This document shows, one piece after another, positions 25,101 to 37,160 of a stretch of DNA of 64,000 bases. The first letter of the stretch is position 1; every line of letters starts with the position of its first letter. Source of the stretch: Haliotis rufescens (taxonomy: Eukaryota); assembly GCF_023055435.1 (NCBI RefSeq), contig NW_025964334.1, positions 46,686,001-46,750,000 of the forward strand. The letters are read 5' to 3'. Position numbers and translations under genes: made by a program. The notes below the pieces were generated by a model that worked only from the letters and a program-made list of their open reading frames with translations, was not told the origin of the DNA and searched no databases.

Positions 25101-28100
25101 AGGGTTCACATCGAGGGCGTCCAGCGCCGTGTACGCAAACTGTCGCTGCTCCACCCATGACGAGATGCCGTCCAGGAAATGCTGGTCTGAAGGAGAAGGA
25201 CATATCACCATGACAACTGTGTGGTATGGACTTCATTCCACCCCTGTCATCTCTGATCATAAACCATTTTGTTGTACAACTGAAATGAACATTGTTAGAA
25301 AATAACAGATCAGAACACTGTGAACCTGTACATCTTAAAGGCACCATAGCTGGAATCATCCATACTGTGTTTCAGCTTCATACACCTTCTAGTTTCAGAT
25401 GAGATGTTTAAAATGCAAAAGTTAATGACAGATGGACAAGTGTTCGCATTTCGTGCCCTTTGACAAAATGTGACAGTCCTTCACTATATCATATCACATT
25501 ATCAATGTTGGCCTGAGTTTTGAAATGTGAACAGTTATTTGTCAAAAAGCATAAAGGTGATTTGTTTTTAAGTCCTGAAATTTGGTATAAAACATAACCC
25601 TCATGAACATTGATAAAATGATGTCTAGAGTCTACACATCCAAACTCGAAAGGTTCTACTTTGATTGATGGAAACTATCTTGTGATTTTCATGGTAACTG
25701 GTTGCATTATTACCTTTGAGCTTCATGGCATTAATAAATCGGACATTTGTCCAGTTGAACTGGTCAAAGACACTACTAAGTCCACACGTGTGTTCCCCCA
25801 TCTTGAGGAGGAACCTGCTGGAGTTGTAGAAGGCGGGGTCAGACAGCGAACACACTGCAAGAGAGGAGAGTCGCACTGATATAGTTCAAATGTTTAGTTT
25901 CCAGTGCAGCTCATGTCCTTTGCTGTCAGCATTGCTATTGAAGTCGGACAAAAGTATTAAAGGATGATTGAAAAGACTACAAATTGAGCATTTTTCTTAC
26001 ATAATGTCATTCAAACATGAATTTATACCAAATCTGCATAATTGAATTTTGAAAATAATTTGTAATAATTGTAATTATGCTCCTAAACCTACAACACTTT
26101 AGCCATGCCCACTTGTATGCATATTTATCTTTTTAGCAGTAGGGTTTATGTGGCTGTGATGTTATACCAGACATTCTGCTTTGTGTTGATCATTCGTGTT
26201 TACGGTATCGACTGGAAAGTGAAGAAAAGTGCCATATTTTGAATGGAGTTGCAGTGACAATATGCTGTATTGGGTGCACTTCCAGTGCTACAAATACTTT
26301 TGGCCTTCATTTTCATGAATTTCCCTGCGATCTGCCAAAACGTAAGCTATGGCTGGCATATTGTCAACGTGCTGATGTCAAACTCAAAGACATAAGCAAA
26401 TACAGCATGTGATGCTCCTTACATTTCTCAAAGAAGAATTATGAAGGGGATCCAGAGTTCATGGCACAATATGGCTACATGAAAGCTTAACCCAAGCTTT
26501 TTAAGGATGCTGCACAGGACATTTCCCTGGCTATCAACGGCACGAGCAGGAATAAGGTCACGAACAGTGCTAGGTTCACCAAGAGGGGGCATTTCAGAAG
26601 CGATAACCGTTAGAACAAATAGAAGTGAGTGAAGTAGATATGATCTTGACAGACAATATTAAGTTTTATGATATTACTTGCTCGCTTGAACCTCTCACAG
26701 TTTGCATTTCCTGAGTTTGTTGGTGTAGATCGATTTTACTGTACTTTTTCAAGGATGTCTTAGGTTTTGGCAGTGGGCTTGTCATTCATTAGAGATTGGG
26801 CATTCCTTTTACATACACTAGTTGCAAGGTTGTTTGGTTCTTAAATAAATAGAACTGTCATAATTGTTTATGATTTATTTTTTGTAAAATTAATTAAAAT
26901 GTGAAATAAAATCATGAAGTCTAAATTAATTATTCCCGGTTTTAGGATTTGAAAGGAGCATATGATAGTTTTAAAGCAACATTTCGACAGGCGATTATGC
27001 TTGTATGAGGCGACTAACGGGATCAGGTGGTCAGACTCGCTGACTTGTTTGATGCATGTCATCGTATCCCAATTGTGTGTATCAATGCTCATGATGTCAA
27101 TCACTGGATTGTCTGGTCCAGACTCAATTATTTACAGACCGCTGTCATACAGCTGTAATATTGCTGAGTGCGGCGTTAACCAACAAACAAACAAACTTCA
27201 ATATCCATTAATAGCAATATAAAGTATGTGTAGTAACTTTTTAAAAAATCCTTTAACAAATTGAAACAAGTAACTTAATATCCGCTATGTATCTAAATCT
27301 GTAACAATGTATTGTTGTAGGAAACTGTGTGAAATAGACAACAGCTAAATACAAACTCTGAGCCTTACATATACCACTAAAAGAAAGTTAATGACCTATT
27401 CAAGGATTAAAAGTCTCTCTATTCAAGGATAAAAACTCATCCTATTCAAGGATTAAAAGTCTCTCTATTCAAGGATTAAAAGTCTCTCTATTCAAGGATA
27501 AAAAGTCATCCTATTCAAGGATTAAAAGTCTCTCTATTCAAGGATAAAAAGTCATCCTATTCAAGGATTAAAAGTCTCTCTATTCAAGGATAAAAAGTCA
27601 TCCTATTCAAGATTAAAAGTCTCTCTATTCAAGGATAAAAAGTCATCCAATTCAAGGAATAAAAGTCTCTCTATTCAAGGATAAAAAGTCATCCTATTCA
27701 AGGATTAAAAGTCTCTCTATTCAAGGATAAAAGTCATCCTATTCAAGGATTAAAAGTCTCTCTATTCAAGGATAAAAAAAGTCATCCTATTCAAGGATTA
27801 AAAGTCTCTCTATTCAAGGATAACAAGTCATCCTATTCAAGGATTATAATTCTCCCAATACAAGGATTATGAGACATAACATTCTTCTCAGGAACCTTAC
27901 CTTTCCCTGCCAGACATTTTGTACGCGCACGGAGGAAAGCTCTCATTTCCGCTACTTTCCGTGGATCAGACCCAGCTCCCTGTATCCAGGTGTCTCCGAT
28001 CTCCTTGGTAACCACAGGAAGTTGGGCCTTGACACTCTGTGCGGCCTCCACAAATGCCTCAAAAGTAGAACCCTGGACTTCTGCATTTGGGAAGATTGCC

Positions 28101-31100
28101 CTCGAAATCTCAAAGTTGGATAACACTTCCTGGAAAAAAAATAAAACATTGCAACATCATGTGCAAAGCTGAACAGTCCACTGTGCTGGTGCTGAACCTT
28201 CTTGGTGACAATTGCAAACACAGCAGGCTTTGAATGTGTTTATGAGTAAGTGTGTAGTACCATCATCATACCAAGTTCATATTATAACAATCACAATGGT
28301 TTACAGATCTTTTCTTGAACAAAAAGCAGGAAAAAGATCAAAATATATATAAATTAATAATTTTGAAAGCTTGTTTATTTTTATAGTGTTAAACAGAAAT
28401 TATTGTTGTTTGGGTGAAAGAAGAACATTTTTCTTTACTGAATTTCAATAAACAATATGATGGGAATAAAAATAGACTATTCTCTTTGTTCCAAATCCAC
28501 ACCTTGTGGAACCATCAGTCAAGTAATTAAAGTAAAACAACCAGTGAAATTCACCTTCACAGTTTCCGGTGGTCCCGAGTTGTCAGTGCGGAAAGCAAAG
28601 CACATGGCGTCCGCCAGCCCGGGGAATATGACACAGTTATCAGCCGACAGCCCACCGGGGTTGGCGGGGTTTGGACCTGGGTTCTGTGGGTATCCGACTG
28701 AAACAGACTCTTCAGTTGTAACGTGAAAATGAAAGAAATGAGCACTGAGGGTGAAGACAAAGGGTGTTAACAAGCTAATAACTGTACACTGGAAACAGTC
28801 CTTGTTTCCAAATTTACTTAATTGTTTTAATCGGAGTTCCAACACAAACACAAGGAAAAAAGTGAGCAGGGCTCACTAATACCGCGACATCGACTCCAAC
28901 ATAGTTCTATGTTCAAAACACACACAAAAAAGAAAAAGAATTCTCAGAAAATCCACTTATCAACATCAAACTGTGAACTGCATCTCTTCTATTTGTATGG
29001 AAACTGTTCCCTAAATTTAAAAAGAATCCATACAGTAGTTTTCAAGTTTTATTAAAAAGTAAAAGCATTCTTAGCAAAAAAATGAAAAATAGCTGTATTT
29101 TTATTTTTCATAAAATACACATATCAAAATCCATGTACTAGTTCTCAAGATACAGGTCACACAAATGATTGTAAAAATATACAAATATTGAAATCAACCT
29201 CTGCACTGCACCTTCCCTATTGGCATAGATAGTGTTCAGGAAGTTTGAAAAAAATCTATGCAGTAGTTTTCAAGATATAGGTCGCACACAAAAAATGTCA
29301 TCGGAAGGATGGACGGACGGATGGGTGGATGGACAGAGGTCCTTGGTATAACTATGTATCCCCACCCTTTTAGGTCGAGGGTATAACAAAACAGGACTGA
29401 GACAATAATCAAAATGCATAGATTGATTCAAGGTAACAATAAAAAATAAACAAAAATGCGTAACATATATGTGATGTCTGATGAAAATTAAATGCGCAAA
29501 GCAAAATTATCACATTTGATACTGGTGTTGAAAGAATAGGACTCACAAGGGTTCCACATTCCAATGACACTTGCGCCCTGGAACTCCCATCGGAAGATCT
29601 TGGGGACAGCCGGGGGAGCTGACATGGGGTTGACCCCCACCGATACAGCAGCTATACCATGCTGAACGAGCAGAGGCAGCAAGGCTTGAGTCATACCTGC
29701 AAATACAGAGTGAGGTCAGAAACAGTAAGATCATCAAACACAGAGTGAGGTCTGCAAATACAGAGTCAGGTCAGAAACAGTCCAGTCATCAAACACAGAG
29801 TGAGGTCTGCAAATACAGAGTGAGGTCTGCAACCTGAGTGAGGTCTGTTAATACAGAGTGAGGTCTGCAAACACAGAGTGAGGTCAGAAACAGTGAGGTC
29901 ATCAAACACAGAGTGAGGTCTGCAAACACAGAGTGAGGTCTGCAAACACAGAGTGAGGTCAGAAACAGTGAGGTCATCAAACACAGAGTGAGGTCATCAA
30001 GACAGAGTGAGGTCTGCAAATACAGAGTGAGGTCTGCAAACACAGAGTGACGTCAACAAATACAGAATGAGGTCTGCAAAATACAGAATGAGGTCTGCAA
30101 ACACAGAGTGAGGTCTGCAAACACAGAGTGAGGTCTGCAAATACAGAGTGAGGTCAGAAACAGTGAGGTCATCAAACAGAGTGAGGTCTTCAAATACAGA
30201 GTGAGGTCTGCAACACAGAGTGTGGTCAACAAATACAGAGTGAGGTCTGCAAACACGAAGTAAGTTCTGCGACGCAGAGTATTTTGGAGGGCTACCAACT
30301 ACCTGTCATTTCTCTGACAGACAATGGGAACCTCCTGACAATGCAAAGTGTTTAGTGTTAGGATGTTATAGATTTGGGTGGGGAGGGTGTGTTGTGTGGT
30401 AGGTTTGCCATTTTAGAAGATAACCACCCATCTGACTCATCCCTGACTGACTGTTCAGAATAGAAGACAACCACGCACCCGGTACATCCCTCTGACTGAC
30501 TGTGGGGAACTTCCTGACAATGCCTAGACGTTTATCCAGGTCCTGTCCTAGCTGAAGCCCAAACTCCACCATAGCAGTGTCCAGCATCTCAAACTGCATG
30601 TTCATCGGTCCAGCATGCCAGCTGATGTCCCCCAGCTGAGCAGCAGCCACAAAATCTGACACAGCGTCTTCACCTGGGCACTGAAAGGAAGGCTATGACT
30701 CATGACAACTGGGGGTTTACAACTGTCATGATGACAATGGTGTGGCAGACACAAGTGTTAACATACAGTTTTGTTGTACATATGTTTTATCTATTTGAGG
30801 TCTGTAATATTATTTTAAGTTGTTAGTAAAGTAGGTTCTTAGTTCAATATCTATTGTGGGCTTCTGGATTAGTTTACTTATAATGTAGAGGGTGGTTGGG
30901 TTGGTCCTAGACTGTCTTACAGACCCGATACAAATATATATGAAATACAGCCCATGCAAGTCTATGGTGTTTGGCAAGTCTAGACTACTGCAGTATCTGA
31001 AAATGAAGAGAGTCACTGGGCTCCCTTTTATTACATTTTTATTAAGATAACTGAACAACTGTTTTTCTGTACAATATGTTCATTTCAGAGACTAGATGTT

Positions 31101-33918
31101 AGTCTAGGGTTGGTCCATGTTTGTATCATTGTTTCTTCTCTTGTTCTAACCCAAGCCTTGATTTCATTGGCTTGTTCAAACTGTGCACTTTTCATCCATC
31201 TTGCACTAGACACTACACCATTTCAGAAGTCAGTCAACAATTTGGACTTGGACGCATCTTGGATAAATAATTCGATTGAAACCTAATTTTATGCATAATT
31301 CTCCCTGATAGAGGCAAACATCTCCATGAAACTAAAGACCCCAATACCCTCTGACAATTGATGGCAATGGGATCAACCTCATACACTAGTCAACAAGGGT
31401 TGGACACAAGGTCAAAGGTACCAACAGTTCCTCATGTTCACATTAAAGCACAAGGATGTGAGTTATCAAAGCATATCCAGGGCAAGTATTCAGTTCCTAT
31501 AGGACCAGCACATGCATATTCCTCACTCACCTGAATATTAGCGGTACCTGCCCCTGCTACTGGGCCTCTGATGATGTGCAAACAAAACTCACACTTAAAA
31601 AAAGGGTTTCCTTGTTCTGTTAGTTTCTTTAACAAGATAGCTATGAAACAACATTAACTGGCTTACAAGTCCCTTCAATGTACAGACTAGCATACTGACT
31701 CAAGCACATGTATCCCCATTCACTATTGGTTTAACTTCTAGCATGATTGGTCTTGATGTGACTCCCAATAAAATCTTGATACCATTCAGTTTTCCAAATC
31801 ATTGTTGCAGAAAACTAGAGATGTTAGCCTTAGGAATGTACCTTAAATACTTCTGGCAACACAGTTGCTTTAAACTACTCTATTGTCAAGTGAAATGATT
31901 GAAAAAAAAAGAAATTTTAACAATGCCCAGCTTTGTCGAACTGTCAGAGTTCGAGTTAAGACAATATATAGCCATGGTTTAAATGGTTGAGTGAATTTGG
32001 TTTTACCCTGACATTTCAGATATCATGGCACTTCAGTTTGATGTAAGAAAGTCCAAAGTGATGCAGGTGTCAGACATTTACCTTACTGACATCAGGTAAC
32101 ATACTCTATGGTGCTGACAAGCCGGGGATCAGGGATTAGAATCATGGTCACAGGCTCCCGGCATGCCTCACACAACAACTGTGATTTGAAGCCTTGCATG
32201 ACTGGGAACCCATGTCCCCTCCATGGTCCAAGTTTGTTTGTTGTTTAACGCCACACTCAGCAATATTCCAGCTATATGACGGCAGCCTGTAAATAATCGA
32301 GTCCGGACCAGACAATCAAGTGATTGATATCATGAGCATTGATCCACGCAATTGGGATATGATGACATCCATCATCCAATTTAACAAGCCTGACCAACTG
32401 ATCACGTTAGTCGCCTCTTACAAGAAGCATGGGTTACTGAAGACCTATCCTAATCCGGATCTTCACAGGCCCCATGGTCAAAGAAGGCCTACACATTACA
32501 TCATCATACACAATGTTAACCCTGCACTCAGTGTACATGTGCCATCTTCAAATATTACAGTTACCAAGATATGTAAATGTGCAGTGATATCACAGCATGT
32601 CAGATTCATGAGGGAGGGCCCGAAGTGATGCAGGTGTCAGTCATTTACCTTACTGACATCAGGTAACATCCACTATGGTGCTGACAAGCCGGGGATCAGG
32701 GATTTGAATCATGGTCACAGGTTCCCGGCATGCCTCACACAACAACTGTGATTTGAAGCCTTGCATGACTGGGAACCCATGTCCCCTCCATGGTCCAAGT
32801 TTGTTTGTTGTTTAACGCCACACTCAGCAATATTCCAGCTATATGACGGCAGCCTGTAAATAATCGAGTCTCGACCAGACAATCCAGTGATTGATATCAT
32901 GAGCATTGATCCACGAGTACATGTATGATGCTGACAAATCAAGAAACATCATCAGGGTAAACATGAAATTCGAATTCATGATAACAGGTTTCTGGCACAC
33001 CTAACTCTGCACAGCAATTGTGGGCACAATTGTCGAAGCAATAGATGATCTATTCATGGCATGATGAAAAGTTTAAAAAAATTAATTTAGTACATTCATC
33101 TACGGCATCCTTCATAGATATAAAATAAGAAGATAAATACCAAAAGTGTTATAGGGGTTGGGGAGTTGGGGAATTAATGTGTGGGGGCCACTTACCTGCA
33201 GTACAATTCCCGACAGGTTCAAGTTGGGGGGACAGTCCAGATAGAGACTGACCAGCCAGGGGTGGGTGGTGTACACTAGTCTCTCCAAATATCCCTCTGA
33301 ACGTAGTTGCCGTGATACATTGACTGCTCGGGGAAAATATACTGTGAAGTACCGGTTGATGACATTGTTGACAAAACCCAGTGTGGGGAAAATACCGTTG
33401 TAACCAACATCTGAAGTAACAGACATTTCATTAATCATTTTACAGGTTTCCACAATGTTGTATTGATCCATCAAATACAAAATCTGCATACATGCAAAAT
33501 CACAATTGTCAATGTCACAAATCAAAAGAGATTAAAAACTGTGTACAATGTGCTTGTTCTTGGCATTCAACAAGTTTTGGTTTTGTCTGGTAAAACTGGT
33601 CTTAAGAACAACTCAAAGTACATGGAGATTGTCAGCATGAACTAGCTTTCACTGTTGTCATGATGGTTGCTATCGAGTCTTCTAGGGGGACCAGTTGTTC
33701 TTGTCCAGAGGACAGATATAATTCTAATTTTTTTAAAACCCTAGGTTAGATTCAGTTTATGACAGTTACTTGTACCCATACGTACCAAGATGGTTCATGA
33801 ATAGAAGGTGAAGTCTCTTGACATGTGTAGTGTTAGTTGATTGGTCAGCTGTGTCCAGGCTGGCGGTACACGCCACACCGACCACGCTCCCCCACACCAC
33901 ACCAAGCACCTGCAACAT
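16374..33918 (-). CDS. DUF5054-like putative glycoside hydrolase (GH38-like N-terminal barrel), ~744 aa, 13 coding exons, probable signal peptide
   Basis: Exons (-): 33918-33786, 33410-33196, 30680-30479, 29696-29547, 28697-28555, 28129-27901, 25854-25714, 25186-25040, 23058-22949, 22336-22138, 18850-18731, 17357-17187, 16648-16374. All GT-AG, phases match, 2235 nt open. Motifs FMNHLDVGY, YTTHPWL, ISWHAGP, SQRDVPG, SVGVNP, TDNSGP, LPVVTKEIGDTWIQG.GSDP, EHTCG, KTPTRLPEA, LFNNIWDVNF. N-terminus MLQVLGVVWGSVVGVACTA. Confidence 0.88.
17410..17660. mobile_element. pogo/Tc1-type MITE with CCGTATTCGACGTAATA TIR; longer copy at 44254-44597
   Basis: TA|CCGTATTCGACGTAATAAGCGCCC ... GGGCACTTATTACGTCGAATATG; the two copies are collinear. 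Confidence 0.85.
19755..20310. repeat. 16-bp minisatellite AATGTGACACACTAAT (~34 copies), intron 10
   Basis: Direct inspection. Confidence 0.95.
21345..21480. mobile_element. Palindromic Penelope-like inverted terminal repeat remnant
   Basis: CTTTATGGATAAAAACT...TTGTTGCATAT / ATATGCAACAA...AGTTGTTATCCATAAAG; same arm motif as 54580 and 57688. Confidence 0.5.
22063..22124. repeat. (TA)n microsatellite ~14 nt from the exon 10 donor
   Basis: Direct inspection. Confidence 0.97.
23008..23970. repeat. 95-bp tandem array (10 copies) containing the exon 9 splice acceptor and exon start
   Basis: CTGCAG at 23059, 23154, 23249 ... 23914; period 95. Confidence 0.97.
24141..25048. repeat. 19-20-bp tandem array (~45 copies) containing the exon 8 splice donor
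   Basis: Minus-strand unit CTGGCAG|GTATAGTGACA(G/A)T; first unit is the real exon end AAT CTG GCA G|GTATAG. Confidence 0.97.
27394..27850. repeat. 23-bp dimeric (46-bp higher-order) minisatellite in intron 6
   Basis: Alternating TATTCAAGGATTAAAAGTCTCTC / TATTCAAGGATAAAAAGTCATCC. Confidence 0.95.
28848..29388 (-). mobile_element. Degenerate Helentron-like non-autonomous element
   Basis: Core repeats ending GTAGTTTTCAAG; (GGAC/GGAT)n microsatellite; terminal TATCCCCC...GAGGGTATA inverted repeat; GTGAGC..GCTCAC hairpin at the other end. Confidence 0.5.
29697..30255. repeat. ~20-bp tandem array containing the exon 4 splice acceptor
   Basis: Minus-strand unit ACCTCACTCTGT(A/G)TTTGCAG; real site CCTCACTCTGTATTTGCAG|GTATGA. 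Confidence 0.93.
30908..31106. mobile_element. ~200-bp non-autonomous DNA transposon, TAGACT..AGTCTA termini, 10-bp TSD (AcademH-like)
   Basis: TSD GGGTTGGTCC at 30898-30907 and 31107-31116; copies at 47389-47596 and 58787-58975. Confidence 0.75.
32057..32915. repeat. Local ~290-bp duplication of a composite of two SINE fragments (32057-32350 / 32623-32915)
   Basis: Both copies run AAGTGATGCAGGTGTCAG...CCCCTCCATGGTCCAAGTTTGTTTG...GATCCACG. Confidence 0.85.
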
Positions 33919-35069
33919 CACCACCTTGTTAAAGTTGTTATTTTTGTAGCATTAACAGAAATAACAGAAACAGTATATGTACCTCAGACAAGTCATGCTT
34001 TATATAATCTGAGAATAGTTTATTGTAGAAATTAGATTATGTGGGCCCAATTAAACCACTCAATTAAATCACATATCAGCCAATAAACTTTTGTCATGCA
34101 CACCAAAATATGTTTGTTTTGGAAGACGCGTGTGGCGTGTGACTTCAGCACTTTCACTTTGAGTTTGACACTTATAAATAGATCTACTTTCTGCAAATAT
34201 TATGATTTTTTCTCCCTCGGAAAATAACTAAATGTACCTTAGAAAATTGATATTGGCAACAAAATCGTATTCATTTTACTTGTCCTCTAACAGCTTTTTA
34301 AGATTAATGCATGCAGGCCTGAGTCTTGTATGTAAAATAGTTTACTTTTCTATTGCCTATCATATTCTGTTTAATAACAAATACTTTTGACGCTCCTTTT
34401 AACATTAGATACTCGTTGATTCCGCATAGCTGGATATCATAATTAAATGATGCACTGCAACACCGCTTGTAGTTGTACATTCCCTGTAAATACACATGAC
34501 AACATATACTTACTGCAATAAACAACCACTTAGTTTGCATGTTCAGCAGCGAGCGTCCTCCCCTCTTTATTTTGTACACAAAGTGTCATGTGCTCGCTTC
34601 CTTATCAGTGACCAATGAAAACACAAGAGAAATCCATATCCGGCTCCATACAGCCCAGTTCATACCTGACACTGCATAGAGTTTTAAAAGCACCTTCACA
34701 TGTTTCCGTGCTCGTCGATAGCAGTATTTAATATTTAGTTCCATAGTTACTTGTTCGGTCTAAAGATGAAAGCTCTTGTTGCTATAATAAACTTTCTGGA
34801 AATACAACACAGGATCTAACAATAATAATATGAGGCCTCTATTTCTCAACACATTAGTTATCATCGCGTGTTAATTCCGATTCTGAATTTGGTTTGGCTG
34901 TTGAGGTGTATTCCATTATGAATTTCAGATCAATTTGGCAATGCCTTCTGAGTACTGCATATGAAACAACAATCAAAAACACAAATAGTTAATTAAAAAA
35001 ACTAGAAGTGAAGCCAGTATACAACGTTAACTTCACTGATCATACCAGCTAGGCAAGCTAAAATCCCAA

Positions 35070-35795
35070 AGCGGCAGACGTGGGAGAACGTTATGCACGC
35101 AACTGTATTGTGGAGAGGAATCGATTTGGAGGTGGCTCTGTGATGATTTGGGGTGGGATAACAGCACGGCACCGAACCCCTTTGGTGGCTGTTCAGGGCA
35201 ATCTCACCGGTGTTGGCTACAGAGATCAGATTCTGAGGCCTGTGGTCATTCCTTTCCTGCAACGTCATGGTCCGGGATTGACATTTCAACAGGACAACGC
35301 TCGTCCTCACACGGCTAGGGTCGCAATGGATTTCCTTCACAATAACAATGTCATGTTACTGCCATGGCCTGCAGTTTCTCGAGATCTCTCCCCAATAGAG
35401 CATGTGTGGGATGAAATGGAGCGCCGTCTGCGTCGTCTTCCACATCCTCCAGAGAACGTCCGTGACTTGGCACAGGATTTGAGGAGGGTATGGCAGGCCA
35501 TTCCCCAGGCCTTCCATGCCCATTTGGTGGACTCCATGCGTCGCCGATGCACTGCTGTGATTCACGCAAAGGGTGGTCATACCCGTTATTGAATTTGTGA
35601 CTTTGTCGTATGACCCCCTACTCCATTTTGATCTTCTGACGTCATCGTAACAGATGTTGTTCAGGTCCCGTTGACATTTTCTTATGGTCCGATCATTCAG
35701 CTGCTACAGCGTCTGCATCATTTTGTTCTTGCTGTGTTGTATTTCAATCCAGAATATATTTTCTCCGTGCACAGTTTCTTTATGTGGCTAGTATA
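35070..35795 (+). mobile_element. Tc1 transposase 3' half (DD34E) with right end
   Basis: FGGGSVMIWGGI, FQQDNARPH, WPAVSRDLSPIEHVW, AVIHAKGGHTRY; 5' half absent. Confidence 0.93.
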
Positions 35796-36179
35796 TGTTA
35801 CTCCGATTAGATACCTCGATCACTGTGTGTTGGTGGACACCTGATAGGTCTCGTAAGTTCACGAGGTCAGCTCATAAAATTAGGACGAAGCAGCACCAAT
35901 CTCATTAAAATCAGATCTTAGTTCTCGCTAAACAAAGATCTGAGGACATCCCATTCGGGGTCATGTCAGAACGACCTTTCATCCAACCAATCATTACGAC
36001 ATTACGAGCACTTCACCCAACGTATCTGAATATGAGGTATAAACTCATACCTATATTGTTATAGTGAAAATCTACCACTAGACCTACACCTACAGTTGTG
36101 TTTCGAACATGTAAACAACAGTAGACGAATAGCTGTTTTTTTCATTTTCATGCCACAACAATTCTACAGCAAGTGAACA

Positions 36180-37160
36180 GTGAAAGCATGCCACGACTGC
36201 CCGGGCCCATCGCAACAACGCCATCGGCCGACTGCAAACAAGATAATCATCTTCAACTGCAGCCAGGTTCTTCCACGAAGCACCAAGCACTATTACAAGA
36301 ATTCGGAACCGTTATCAGACCGTTATCAGACACACGGGACAACACGTGACCACCTCAGTTCCGGTTGACCACATATCACTACTAAAGCAAAGGAAATTTT
36401 CTTACGGCTTTGTCATTCACGTGAAAGAACTACCGCAGCCACCTCTACAAATACGGCAATACCAGGACTGCCTAGGATTTCAGCCCAGACAGTGAGGAAC
36501 CGTTTGCGCGCTGAAGTTATTCGCGCTAGACGACCAGTTCGAGGTGTCATTTTGACGGACCTGCATCGTCGGCTGCGACGTCAATGGTGTCAAGGTCACA
36601 GAGCATGGTTAAGTAACGAGTCACGTTTTATGCTCCGCCGTCCGGATGGTAGACGTCGTGTTAACAGGCGTCGCGGGAAGCGTTATGCACGAAACTGCAT
36701 ACAGGAAGAGGACAGTGGTGGTAGTGTAATGTGGGCTGCCATCTCCCACACTGGTAGAATAGACCTGGTGCAAGTTTAAACGACGAATTTAACGGCACGA
36801 CGTTACACAAAGTGAAATTCTTCGGCCACACGTCCTTCCCATTATGCAACAAGATAACGTCATTTTCCAACAAGACAACGCCCGACCTCACACGGCAACA
36901 CTGACAAAAGCCTCTTTCGGGAATCACAACTTCCAGGTCCTGCCATGGCCCTCCAGACTTAAACCTAATCGAACTTTTATGGGACAAACTGCGACTGCGG
37001 GGCAAGCAGGCAACAGCCACATAACCTCCGACAGTCGGCACAAGCACTGCAGGCAGAGTGGATGAACATTCCCCAAGCCACAATTCGGGATCTGATTGCT
37101 TCCATGGGACGACGATGCCAGTCAGTCTTGAACTCTAATGGTAGCCATACAAGATATCGA
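36180..37160 (+). mobile_element. Degenerate Tc1 transposase (near full length, frameshifted)
   Basis: VRNRLRAEVIRARRP, SNESRF, GGSVMWAAIS, FQQDNARPH, VLPWPS, NGSHTRY. Confidence 0.9.

Noticed and set aside
24155-25305. Long ORFs (314 aa, 191 aa) with LSLYLPDCHYTCQTVTIPAR repeats
   Set aside because: Artefact of the 20-bp splice-donor array read on the antisense strand.
33997-34006. TATATAAAG (minus strand) ~80 nt upstream of the DUF5054 ATG as a TATA box
   Set aside because: AT-rich context, TSS unknown, and an upstream non-coding exon cannot be excluded.
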